DNA of 64,000 nucleotides from Eledone cirrhosa (taxonomy: Eukaryota). Both the position numbers and the translations under genes were made by a program. Every line of letters begins with the position of its first letter. The first letter of the stretch is position 1. The stretch spans positions 335,234,001-335,298,000 of the forward strand of contig OZ024743.1 of NCBI GenBank assembly GCA_964016885.1, in the 5' to 3' direction. Positions 1-11,969 of this stretch are shown here, piece after piece. Under the pieces are notes generated by a model. It worked only from the letters and a program-made list of their open reading frames with translations. It did no database searches and was not told where the DNA came from.

Positions 1-39
1 AATACTAAGCAAACATCAAGTTCTAAAAATCAAACTTTC

Positions 40-1300
40 CAGTTGTAGACTTCCTGTTTCTTTTACAACAAATACAACGGTACGCAATGAGGCCCACCCA
101 CAGCCCCGGTGGACAGAATGGAGTAGGCGTTTCCTCGGAGGACGGCGAGGGAGACGCGCTGGAAGAGCCACTCCAACTCGCGGAAGTCTCCACTGCCAGG
201 GATACGACCACAAACCTGTCGAAGAGCGACCGGTATTTGAGGAGTTTGGCCCCCTCAGCCCGATGTGCAGTAGAACCTGGGTAACAGACTGCATCAGGTT
301 GCGGCTGCAGAAAATGTCGGTGCTAGTGGCATACCATACGAGGGGTTTTCCACTGCGGAACAGGAAAATGGTCATGCCAACTGGCCTTTTGCCGTCATGA
401 TGTCTGCATTAGAAGCCACAAGTAGGAAGTGGGGTTCCGGTGGGGTTATGGGTCTGAGATCAGTGGGTGGCTCAGGGTGTTTGAGTCGTAGAGCAACCAG
501 GACCTCCTCGGTGGGTTGGAGGACAGTGTTCTTTGAGGCAACAACGCTGACTGCGGCCGAGACATCACCCATGATAAGCTTGGCGTTTACCTGGTCACGC
601 AAACGCTTGGCGCTGGCCTCGGGTTGGATATTGGGGGTACCTGATGGTGAGGTGTGTGGCATCTCTGGGCACACTTGGAATGAGACATTGGCCTTGAATA
701 AGGCTGCTGTTGACCGGCCGACCCGGTCAGCGCCAGAGCAGGGGAGGCCGAGGGTGAGTGGGGCGAAATAGAACAGCCGCTCCCAGTCACTGGCTCGATT
801 GGAGTCCAAGGTGCTCTCAATCGAGGAAGCGAGGGCATCGGCTACCGGCACCCATGCCGCTCTCGGGATCCTGAGTGGGATCTCCCGGAGCGGCCTGAGC
901 CGAGCGATGTTGACCAGCGAGGCTTGGGCGCTAGGAAAGATTTCTGTCCCAGCTGGTGGTGTGCCAGGCGGCCGTGGCTGGGAAGACGTGGGGAAGAGGC
1001 AGCTCCTGCACCTCCACGCTGCGAGGGCATTGGAAGCTAGACGAGTCGAGCCAACCGAGGTGAGGTGGTGGAAGCAGCCGCACCCCAAACAGTTCCGGCT
1101 CCTCTTCCGTTTGTTAGTGGTGCTGCAAGTGCTGCAGGTGTCAGCTTGGAGTGATGGGGGATGGGGCGTGGGGCCGGAGACTGGGGAACCGAGCGGTATC
1201 AGGGCTGTGTGGCTAGCGTGTGTGGGTGGAATGGAAAGTGCTGGTAAGAGGGCCTCATAGCTCACCCATATATAGAGAGGTGTCAGAAAACAAGAGAGAA
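40..1300 (-). mobile_element. CRE-clade-like non-LTR retrotransposon, internally deleted (RT missing)
   Basis: ORF 372..1265 has a PHD-like Cys/His cluster and pre-RT motifs (RIPRAA, AKL..GDVSAAV, L.LKHP). At about 390 it joins directly to restriction-like endonuclease motifs DGKRPVGMT..GKPLVW, KYRSL, LAVET and QRVSLAVLRGNA (frameshifted). Confidence 0.75.
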
Positions 1301-1920
1301 AAGAAGGGGCTGCATGGAGGTGGACACACAGGAAGGTCGAATGTTAGCAAATGAATGAATGAATAACACATACATTGCCAATAATGTCTTAAATTCTACC
1401 CTGTTTAATAATACAAATATTCTAAATTTAAAAGTTGAAATTTCAACTTTCTACATCTTATATTGCGATTATATACACGGACAGATTTCAATTTCGTTTG
1501 AATTTGATATCCCACTTGTGTTTCATATATTTCGTTCAATATTCATACTATAGTATTTCAAACTTGCTTTCAACTCTATCCGTTTCATTAATTTATTTCC
1601 ATATATATATATGCTTCTCTATTTCAAGATTTTTTCAATTTCTCGACGAATAATGGCTTTCATGTTACGTCAGTAAAGATTCCCACTTACTAAGTTTCAC
1701 TTTCAGAGTTTTCTATGATAAAATCCAATTCTTATCATAGTTACATCGTTGTCGATCACTTTTTCGATATCCGTTTCAGGTTTGTGTATACATATAAACG
1801 TATGTATATATATATATATACACATTTATATGTATTCACATTTGTATATGTACACACACACGCACACACACACAAGCGCACACACACACACATACACACA
1901 CACACACATATATATATATA

Positions 1921-2370
1921 ATTCGTTTTTGAATTTGTTTTGCGAGATTTCTTATCTGAAAACGTGTGTTGAAACAGATATTGTTATACTTTGGGAGGGT
2001 CATGCTGCCAACAAAAACACACGCACCTGTTGGTTTTCACTTCAATTTATTATAAATTTCCGGTTGGTTGGTAGGTTGGATCGATAACCGGAAGGATGCT
2101 TATATATTGTCAAAGATCTTCTGTCACACTTTCTGTGACCTCCTCAGTGACTAGGAATTTGTGTGACGCTCTTCTTTGTTCTTTCCTACACCTAACCTTA
2201 AATCTAGTCACTGAGGAGGTCACATAATGTGTGACGAAGGGCTTTGACAATATATAAACAACCTTCTCGTTATCGAACCAACCAGCCAAAACGGAAACTT
2301 ATAATAAATTGATCTGAAACAAATAAGTGCGAGTGTTTTTATTGGCAACCTGACCCTTCCAAAGTATAAC
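1921..2370. mobile_element. Non-coding foldback element (PLE 3'-end derivative) with two divergent degenerate hammerheads
   Basis: Diverged inverted arms at about 1982-2154 and 2204-2370, flanked by microsatellites. HHR-like gtca-CTGAGGA-g-gtcaca/tgtgac-GAA..tgac at 2207-2248 (+) and 2109-2151 (-). Confidence 0.7.
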
Positions 2371-2419
<49 letters not shown>

Positions 2420-2439
2420 GGAGACTTAACTGAGAATAG

Positions 2440-2521
2440 ACTCCCTGATGACGCAATGAATTCTCGACAGTTGGATTACGTAACTGTCTTTATCCCATTG
2501 CAGAAACTAATTAGTTGGAGT
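2440..2521 (+). ncRNA. Type I hammerhead ribozyme (copy 1)
   Basis: Stem I actcc/ggagt; core CTGATGA; stem II gcaatg/cattgc with inner hairpin gacagtt/aactgtc; GAA; palindromic stem III actaattagt; GUU cleavage triplet. Confidence 0.85.
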
Positions 2522-3002
2522 GAAAATTTAAGTAAGTAAGCAAAAAAATTTTTTTTTAAATTTAAAAAAAAAAATATTTTCTTATTTTACGTCGTTTATA
2601 TTATTGTTCTGCATTCTCCTGCATTGAACCACCTAGGTACTATGACATAACCTGTGTATTTGCTAGCATGGGCGTGCATCTGTGCGCTTATGTTAGTTGA
2701 TATATTAAATTATCTATATTTATCTCCAAATCACTGATTTGTCGAGCAACCTTGCCAAAACCACTTCTAAAAAAATTTTTTTTAGGGTGTTAGTAGGCGT
2801 CAGTCATCTTACCATCCCATTCCTTCTAACTAGCCTCTGTGTCACGTGATTGATTCTTTAGAATCGGCCATTTGACCTGAAGCAGTGGGAATTTCGGTAC
2901 ATAGAATCCAGTCCTCGCCAGCTGTTCGATCTACCGAATTATTATTATTTTTATATGAGCCGCCAGTGTCTGCGCATTGCCTGGAGACTTAACTGAGAAT
3001 AG

Positions 3003-3084
3003 ACTCCCTGATGACGCAATGAATTCTCGACAGTTGGATTACGTAACTGTCTTTATCCCATTGCAGAAACTAATTAGTTGGAGT
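3003..3084 (+). ncRNA. Type I hammerhead ribozyme (copy 2)
   Basis: Same sequence as 2440-2521. Confidence 0.85.
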
Positions 3085-3562
3085 GAAAATTTAAGTAAGT
3101 AAGCAAAAAATTTTTAAAAAATTTTTTTTAAAAATATTTTCATATTTTACGTCGTTTATATTATTGTTCTGCATTCTCCTGCATTGAACCACCTAGGTAC
3201 TATGACATAACCTGTGTATTTGCTAGCATGGGCGTGCATCTGTGCGCTTATGTTAGTTGATATATTAAATTATCTATATTTATCTCCAAATCACTGATTT
3301 GTCGAGCAAACTTGCCAAAACCACTTCTAAAAAAAATTTTTTTGGGGTGTTAGTAGGCGTCAGTCATCTTACCATCCCATTCCTTCTAACTAGCCTCTGT
3401 GTCACGTGATTGATTCTTTAGAATCGGCCATTTGACCTGAAGCAGTGGGAATTTCGGTACATAGAATCCAGTCCTCGCCAGCTGTTCGATCTACCGAATT
3501 ATTATTATTTTTATATGAGCCGCCAGTGTCCGCGCATTGCCTGGAGACTTAACTGAGAATAG

Positions 3563-3644
3563 ACTCCCTGATGACGCAATGAATTCTCGACAGTTGGATT
3601 ACGTAACTGTCTTTATCCCATTGCAGAAACTAATTAGTTGGAGT
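3563..3644 (+). ncRNA. Type I hammerhead ribozyme (copy 3)
   Basis: Same sequence as 2440-2521. Confidence 0.85.
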
Positions 3645-3716
3645 GAAAATTTAAGTAAGTAAGCAAAAAATTTTTTTTAAATGTTTTTAAAAAATATTTT
3701 CTTATTTTACGTCGTT

Positions 3717-3750
<34 letters not shown>

Positions 3751-3781
3751 TGTATATATATATATATGTATATATAATATA

Positions 3782-4650
3782 CTAGCAGTGGTACCCGGCG
3801 TTGCACGGGATAAGGTATTTTGGAAGGCGGGCCGCCAACAGACCTAATCGTGGAAAAACTGCATGACTGGACAATATGTAAAGAAAATAAACCGAATACT
3901 CTGATGGCTGGATAATCTTTAAGATTTTCCTCGATGAAGCAGGAAAAATGCAGGTTTTCACCTAATGCCGGCCCTAGTGGATCAAGAAAATGAATTTTTT
4001 TATGTGCTTAATATACCTTGAAATTTCGGGAAAATTGGCTAGATGTAACGCCTCCAAAAAGCCATAAAAAGCTGAAAAAATGAAGTTTTTCACCTAGGCC
4101 ATGAAAAATTTCGATTTTCTTTGCTCGCGGTATGAGGAAGAGACTGACTAATACATAGTTACAATTTCAAGGAAATCCGTCTGACGTAACGTCTCAACCC
4201 CCCCCCCCCCCAAGCTTAAAAAACGCAGTTTTTCAACGAATGTTGAATTCTTTTATGTGGATAACACTCCATGAAACATAAGTAATACAGATGTAAAGTT
4301 TGATGTAGATCGGTTAGGTAGTTCTCGAGTTTTAGGGATTCAAACTCAAAGACACACACACAGAGACACACATCCTCAGGGAAGTGACGTAATGCAGACA
4401 GCCAGACATACAGACAGATATTATAAGGGCGCGACGTGATATGTATGTATCTAAAAAGAGAAAGGCTAAGAATTATAGAGAGAGATCGCTAAATCGCCTA
4501 ATGTGGTCCCTAGAGCATTGAACATCTGAAATTTCTTTTGCTTAGAACACTCCCTGAAACAGAAGTATTACATGTTTAAAGTTTGAAAACAGTCGGTTGG
4601 GTGGTTCTCTCACACACACAGACAGACATCCTCAGTTTTATATATATAGA
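3782..4650 (-). mobile_element. Non-autonomous Helitron
   Basis: On the minus strand it begins TCtatatatataaaactgaggatgtctgtctg and ends with the hairpin cccgtgcaacgccggg followed by CTAG. It is inserted between A and T. Confidence 0.8.
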
Positions 4651-4734
4651 TAATATAGATATGTAATATAGATATGTATACACATATATATATATATAAT
4701 TATTATTATTATTACTGATATTATTTCCTTAAAT

Positions 4735-4870
4735 GGTGGATTGGCAGTATCGGTAAAGCGCCGGACAACAAGCTTTGTGACATAGTGTTCCCTTTACGTT
4801 CTGAGTTCAATTACTGCTGAGGTTAGCTTACCTTTCGTCATTACGGGGTCGATAAAATAAAGTACCAATA
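4735..4870 (+). mobile_element. tRNA-derived SINE with Nin-like domain (partial)
   Basis: tggcagtatcggta A-box-like and gagttcaa B-box-like head, plus ggggtcgataaaataaagtacca core shared with about 12 other copies in the window. Confidence 0.75.
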
Positions 4871-5111
4871 ATTCCCTGAGTTCGATTTATTCGACATTCG
4901 TTACTGGGATAGTGATGGCTTTCATATTCTATATTTCGTAATCTCTATTTCAAGATATATCTAACGATTCAGGGAGTATTATGGTGATGCTCCAGAGTAA
5001 TAAGGCTCACTGCTTCGCCATAATAAATAGATAATTAAATTCTACTTCGGTATCGAGTAATGTTTCTCAACGCACTGATATATATATATATATACATGTG
5101 TGTATGTATGT

Positions 5112-5826
5112 TTTCTCTTTCTCTTAATTTCGAGTATATTTTTTTTACCGGCCACCTTCCTGGTGGAAAGGTTGTAAAAGAAAAGAAATTGTCATCCCTT
5201 GAATCGCAAGAATGTTTTGCAAATTTTGAAGGTGCCAGCTATCGCAGCCATTTGTAGACTATGAATTAGGGAGCTGCGCTCTTTGTTCACAAATCCAAGT
5301 TCAGCCATACTTTGGTCCAAGCGGTTGGTATATAACCCGTAGCTCCGATAATTGTTTCTACTTTTGGCACAAGGCCAGCAATTACCCAGTGTGTGACTGG
5401 TACTTTATTTTATCGACCCCATAAGGATGAAAGGCAAAGTTAACCTCGGCGGGATTTGAACTCAGAATGGCAAGGGCCGTAACTCTATGCGTCAAAGCAT
5501 GGCGTCCGAATGGGTATGAAGCTAGAGGTGTATCTTGGATACTTGATTTGTAAACTCCTCATCAATGGTCCGTAGATGTCCTCCTTCTCTTGTATTTTTG
5601 TGACAACGTTTACATCAAGTGGGCAGCTGATCTCCACAACAGAACACGTTTTCAATGTGTGGTCCCAAACAACAATATCAGGCAGGCTGTGCTTTATTTT
5701 GGGGGCAGTTTTTATTTTCAGGTTCCACCAGTATTCCTCAGTGCCATCTGTCTCAATATATTCTTCCTCGTTTGTTGTTAATTTTGTTTTCCGAAGTGGG
5801 TTCCAGATGGTTCTAGCTATCCCAAC
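5112..5826 (-). mobile_element. R4/Dong-like non-LTR retrotransposon 3' fragment (family B), interrupted by a SINE
   Basis: RLE motifs HSLPDIVVWD, VVEISCP and KEDIY, then SSFIPI, continuing past the SINE as IIGATGY...GTFKICKTFL. Confidence 0.8.
5349..5509 (-). mobile_element. Nin-domain SINE (5'-truncated)
   Basis: tttctacttttggcacaaggcc...ttatcgaccccataaggatgaaaggcaaag...gatttgaactcagaa. Confidence 0.85.
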
Positions 5827-5832
5827 GTATGT

Positions 5833-8800
5833 ATGTTCCTCTGGTTTTATAATTTCACAAAGTTTTACCAATAAAGAGAGAGTCGGTTTCTTACATAGAC
5901 ACAATACTCTCTCATTAGAATTTACACAACATCAACTAGGTAGATATGGATGTATGCATGCATGTGTAGATATGGATGTTATTGTATGTGTGGATGTGTA
6001 TGTTTTGAGTTGTATGTGTGCATGTGTATATGCTTTGTATCTGTACATGTGTATATGCAGTTATTAGATGCAACATTTTTGGAATGTTTTACATATTTTT
6101 ACTGTTCCATTAATGGATTGTACTTGTAGTTTCCTAACTAGTTGTGTTATTTCTGTTCCTGTGAAGCCTAGCTTCTCAAGATTTGTATTGAGGCAGATAC
6201 TAACATATCCCAGTGCCCCAACAATCACAGGCATAAATCTGAAGGTGTAATCAGGGTGGAGTATCTGCAGATTTTTCATCAGTTCTGCATAAATATTCTC
6301 CTTTTCACTAATCTTTGATATTATATTGGTATCTGCTGGGCAGCTAATTTCGACTACTGTGCATGTTTTCTTCTCCCTGTCCCATATCATAATATCTGGT
6401 CTGTTATGCCTGCATTTTATTGGGGTTTTTACGGGAACATTCCACCAGTACTCTTTCATATTATGTACATGGATATCTTCCACATTGTTGTTTATCATCG
6501 GGGCTATCTTTTTTACGAACTGCATTGTACAGTGTTTTGGCCACTACATCATGCCGCATAGGTAGATAGTACCGCGATGACATCTTTGGGCAGCTGCTGA
6601 TGACATGGGTGATATCCTCGATGTTAGTTCTGCAGAGTCTGCACTTGTTATCACGTCTAGGTGTTTTGCGGGCATCCCTATCTCTTTTGTGAATCAGGTA
6701 TTTCGTGCTAATCTCCTGTTCTTGGATTGCAAAAGCGTATCCTTCAAAGTAGGAGCCAATATAGCGGTTGTTGGTCCAAGATAGACTACTTTCCTTACCT
6801 ACATTACTCTCACACTGGATCTTCCTGGCAACATATCCATGCATGATGTTTTGCTGATAGCATGCAATTTTTCATCCATGGACTCACTGCGATACTGCTG
6901 AGCGACATCCCTGGGTGTGAGTTTTTGATTATCACACAGGGAATATCTCTCAAGGAGTTCCTTCCCAACTCTCATGATCTTATCTGTTTCATGCAGATAG
7001 ACTTGCTCGAGAAGCGGGCTCCTACGCTTCGAGGTTCGTAGATGTTGTCGGAGAGATATGATGCGACATTCAAATGTTGTCTGGACTGATGTTAGGCCTC
7101 TGCCTCCCTGCCTACGTTTCAAGTAAAGGCGGTCTATATCACTGTTGATGTGGAAGTTTCCGGTGTTGTTCAGTATTTTTCGAGTTCCAACATCAACTGC
7201 TCGGATTTCGTCTATCGTCTAATTGAGTATACGAAACGTTGGTGTTAGGACTGGCACTGCAAACACATTGTGAGCCACTGTTTTGTTTTGCGCAGAGAGT
7301 TCCGATGACCAGATCTTTCTTAATCGGGTGTAGTATTCCCTGGTTACGCATTCTTTATTACAGATACCATTATAGGATATATTCTCATCTATCCCCAGGT
7401 ATCTGTAGCAGTCCTCATCAGATATCGGTGGAACAGTTAGACCATTGATGACAATGTTGCTAGATTGAGTTGTTGTTCTTCACCGCTTTACAGTCATGTA
7501 TGAGCATTTATCTTGGCCAAACTCCATTCCTATATCCTTTGAGAACGTTGTAACCACATCAAGATTTTTCTTCATCCCATCCATGTTCTTGGCATAGAGT
7601 TTCAGATCGTCCACAAAGAAGTTATGGGTTAGGTTCGTATTTTTGTCCTCCTGTGAGCCAATGATGTGGTCCTCACATTTCTTGAGCAGAAAGGACAAGG
7701 GGTTTAATGACAAGATGAAAAATATCACAGAGAGTCTGTCCCCCTGAAATATACCTCTGCAATATTTTATTTTATCAGTGAAAATAGAGTCCTCCCTCTC
7801 TGTCTTTAACCTTAATATAGTATGCCAAGAAGAAGACAGCCTCTCTATGGCTCTGACAATAATGTCTGGGACTTTAACAAGTTAGAGGGCCTCTATAATC
7901 CAAAAGTGGGGAACAGAATCCAAAGCTTTCCTGTAGTCCAGCCAGACTGTAGTCATATTCCTCATAAGTTGTCGCACCTCCGACATCGCAGTTTTGTTGA
8001 TTAGGAGTTGTTCAGCACATCCCCAAACCCCTTTCTTTCCAGCTGCTTGTTATCTGTGATGATGTTATTATTTTCACAGTGATCTTGGAGGAATAGGTTC
8101 AGGCAGGCTGTATACATCTTATACATCAGGTTCTGGCATGCAATGGGTCGGTAGTTTTTTGCCAAGTGGGTGTCTTTGTTCTTGGGACCAGTAATGTTTG
8201 TGCTAATGTCAACCATTCTGGTATAAGGGTATCTCCCTTAAGAACTTGTTGGTAGAGGTCAGTAAGATACCTCCGATAGAATATTAGTTTTTTGTACCAG
8301 TAGCCGACAATCATGTCTCTTCCTGGTGTTTTCTTATCTTGGAGTTTTCCTATCACAGTCTCAAGGGTACCCTCACTTATTTCATATGTTTTTGTTGTAG
8401 TGTAGGAGCAATAGCTCTTTCGGATTTCTCTTAGCCACACAGCATCTTGGTTGAAATTCTTCTTTTCACCCCATATTTTTCTATAAAAGGTATATATTTC
8501 TGGGATGGGGCCTCAGTAACACTTATTATTTTGCCCTTCATATCTCTATAGACTGATGTTTGGTTTCGTCTGAATCTTTTATTAAGCATTTTTCTCTCAT
8601 CTCCCTTCTTCAGGTATCGGCGTTTTTCGCTAACAGCTCTCAATTCTTGTTTGAGGGTGATCAGCTTATATTGGAGAGTTCTGGTTCTACTGTTACCAAA
8701 CATCGTCTCTATTTTACCTTTCACTCTTTGTTAGTGAAGAGTGAGGTTTTTTGTGTTTGTTTGCATGTAAGGAGCATTGTCACGTCCTATGTTTTTTCGT

Positions 8801-9645
8801 AGATCAGCACTTTTTTTTCTATTTTAGTTATATATGATGGTATTTTTGTTGGTATTTTGTTCTTGTTAATATATCTGCTATCACCAAGATAATGCTTCAC
8901 TGTCATTGCTAAGGCATATAAACAGGCGTTGATTTGCCAAAATGTTAGGGTTTTTATCCGTCGTAAATATTCATCCCCTATTTCGTCAATAACACGTAGT
9001 ATTTCATTATTTGGTTTTTTATTCACCATTGTCATTTTAACACGTTCAGCAAGAGAGATATTTATACATAAGTTAATTTCTCTCTGGAAGATTTCGATGA
9101 GGGAAATTTTCAATTGTTTATGCTTTTGATTATCATTATCGATAGTATTTTTCACAACAATCGAGGTAGACTCGGATGGTATACGTGGTGTCACATTTAT
9201 TCGATTATTATTATTATTTCTTCGATTATTATTATTATCGATAGTGTTTTCCCCAGCATTCGAGGTAGACTTAGATGGTACAGGTGGTGTCAAGTTTCTT
9301 CCAGGCATAGTTGTTTCAAGGCACTGTTCGACCTGGCTGCTAGGAAGTCTAGTAGCATGGCGATCTGTAGCACGTGTTGTTGATTCCATGTTTGTTGTGG
9401 GGGACTTACAATTAATAATATTTATCTTATTTTTACGTTCAACAAACGTCGCTTGTTGGCGTAATTGTTTCGCTGTGAAATAATTTAGCTCTGGGTGCAT
9501 TTCGTCCCAGTGTAGCTTCATTCTATTCATATAGCCAATGGAGGGATTGTTTTTTGCCATTTTATAACAATTAAATAAATCATTATTAAGTTCGCAACTC
9601 CAAGAGAAATGCGATTTATAATTTCGGTTTCTTCTGTATATAATA
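5833..9645 (-). mobile_element. R4/Dong-like non-LTR retrotransposon (family A), near full length and frameshifted
   Basis: RT motifs NYRPIAC, IFQGD, FFVDDLKLY and GMEFGQDKC; CCHC finger CRLC..EDITHVISSC; RHD; RLE motifs RPDIMIWD, VEISCP and PVIVGALG, spread over ORFs 6064..9560. Confidence 0.9.
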
Positions 9646-9667
9646 TGTATGTATGTATTTATGTATG

Positions 9668-10797
9668 TTCTTCTGGTTTTATAATTTCACAAAGTTTTAC
9701 CAATAGAGAGAGGGTCGGTTTCTAACATAGACACAAGACTCTCTCATTGGAATTTACACAACATCAACTAGGTAGATATGTATGTATGTCTGCAAGTGCA
9801 GATATTGATGTTATTGTATGTGTGGATGTGTATGTTTTGAGTTGTATGTGTGCATGTGTATATGCTTTGTATCTGTACATGTGTATATGCAGTTATTAGA
9901 TGCAAAATTTTTGGAATGTTTTACATATTTTTACTGTTCCATTAATGGATTATACTTGTAGTTTCCTAACTAGTTGTGTTATTTCTGTTCCTGTGAAGCC
10001 TAGCTTCTCAAGATTTGTATTGAGGCAGTTACTAACATATCCCAGTGCCCCAATAATCACAGGCATAAATCTGAAGGTGTAATCAGAGTGGAGTATCTGC
10101 AGATTTCTCATCAGTTCTGCATAAATATTCTCCTTTTCACTAATCTTTGATATTTTATTGGTATCTGCTGGGCAGCTAATTTCCACTACTGTGCATGTTT
10201 TCTTCTCCCTGTCCCATATCATAATATCTGGTCTGTTATGCCTGCATTTTATTGGGGTTTTTACTGGAACATTCCACCGGTACTCTTTCATATTATGTAC
10301 ATGGATGTCTTCCACATTGTTGTAGCTTTTAATGTGTTTATTATCGGGGCTATCTTTTTTACGAACTGCATTGTACAGTGTTTTGGCCACTACATCATGC
10401 ATCATAGTACCGCGATGACATCTTTGGACAGCTGCTGATGAATATCCATGGATTCACTGCGATACTGCTGAGCGACTTCCCTTCGTGTGAATTTTTGATT
10501 ATCACACAAGGAATATCTCTGGAGGAGTTATTTCCCAACTCCCATGATCTTATCTATTTCATGCAGATCGACTTGTTTGAGAGACGGGCTCCTACGCTTC
10601 GAAGTTCGTAGATGTTGTCGGAGGGATATGATGCGACATTCAAATGTTGTCTGGACTGATGTTAGGCCCCTGCCTCCCTGCTTACGTTTCAAGTAAAGGC
10701 GGTCTATGTCACTGTTGATGTGGAAGTTTCCGGTGTTGTTCAGTATTTTTTGAGTTCCAACATCTACTGCTCGGATTTCGTCTATCGTCCAATTGAG
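9668..10797 (-). mobile_element. Second, 5'-truncated and internally deleted copy of R4/Dong-like family A, head-to-tail with the first
   Basis: High identity to 5833-7228, including the 3' UTR; segments around the CCHC finger are missing. Confidence 0.9.
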
Positions 10798-10833
10798 GAT
10801 GTCTGTATGTCTGTCTGTATGTATGTATGTATG

Positions 10834-10864
<31 letters not shown>

Positions 10865-11095
10865 GAATATATGTGTGTGTGAGTATATTTGTGTGTGTAG
10901 CAATATCAGTAGGTGTGGAAAAGGAAAAAGGGAAACAGTGCTCAAATCGGAAGAGAGTAGAAATATATTTATTTTATATTATATACGGAAGAAAAACGCT
11001 ACCTAAGGTTTCAAGGCCCAATATTGACTATATCATCAACATGTAAGAGGGATTGCAATTGTGACGTATTCTCGGGCGTTTATACGAGTTTATAA

Positions 11096-11134
<39 letters not shown>

Positions 11135-11862
11135 CATGTATATGTTTATTTTTATATGTGTTGTCATTAAAAAACACACACATGCACACACGCACACACA
11201 CACACACATTACACACACGCACACACACACATTACACACACATTTCACACACATAGACACACACGCACACACACACATACATATAGACGGTTGGACAAAT
11301 AAAACAAAACAAACACAGGGGTGCAAAAATACGTTTAGGTTTACGCTTTGAGGAAGTGGCCGAGATTTGTACGTTTCGTCAATAAATGGAGAGTTCGATT
11401 AGGGAGAAAACAGGTAGGTACATGAACGATAGGAATATATATATATGTAGGAGGTGAGTTTTATTGTGGTACAATAAAGCAATGCACATATCGGATAAGT
11501 AGCACTCTACAGTTTGTAGGACTGGAGTATAAATAATATAAGATCAAAAAATGGTTAAAAGAGTTCCAAGTATTTTAATATTATTACGAACAATATACGT
11601 GATCTCTTTAACCAACATAACCTAAAAATTGAATTTGATAACAGCATCAAACTAGCTAATTTCTTGGATGTATCTCTTAATCTTGACACTGGCCTATATT
11701 ACCCTTACCATAAAAAAAATGAGAATCTAAATTATGTTAATTTTAAATCTAACCACCCCCACTTACATTAAAAATGCTATAGTTAGTAATATTGGAAAAA
11801 GGATATCAAACCTATCATCTAATAAATATATATTTGATGCTAACGCCAATTACTATAATAAT

Positions 11863-11969
11863 TGTTTCTACTTTAGGCACAAGGCCAGCAATTACCCAGT
11901 ACATTACTGGTACTTTATTTTATCGACCCCGTAAGGATGAAAGGCAAAGTCAACCTCGGCGGGATTTGA
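11863..11969 (-). mobile_element. Nin-domain SINE inserted in the PLE ORF with an 11-bp TSD
   Basis: TSD actataataat at 11852-11862 and 11970-11980; the PLE reading frame resumes after it. Confidence 0.9.

Larger units (their letters stand above)
2418..3720 (+). repeat. Tandem ~560-bp non-coding repeat (2.3 units), one hammerhead per unit; retrozyme/pLTR-like
   Basis: Units start at 2418, 2981 and 3541 (ctggagacttaac), are near-identical, and the array is bounded by (TA)n. Confidence 0.9.

Noticed and set aside
2418-3720. CRISPR-like or prokaryotic interpretation of the repeats and palindromes
   Set aside because: There are no short regularly spaced repeats with unique spacers and no cas genes; the context is clearly eukaryotic.
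10990-11045. Minus-strand TTGATGA...GAAAccttaggTA hammerhead-like motif
   Set aside because: U3 is not compensated and stems I and II are weak; too degraded to call.
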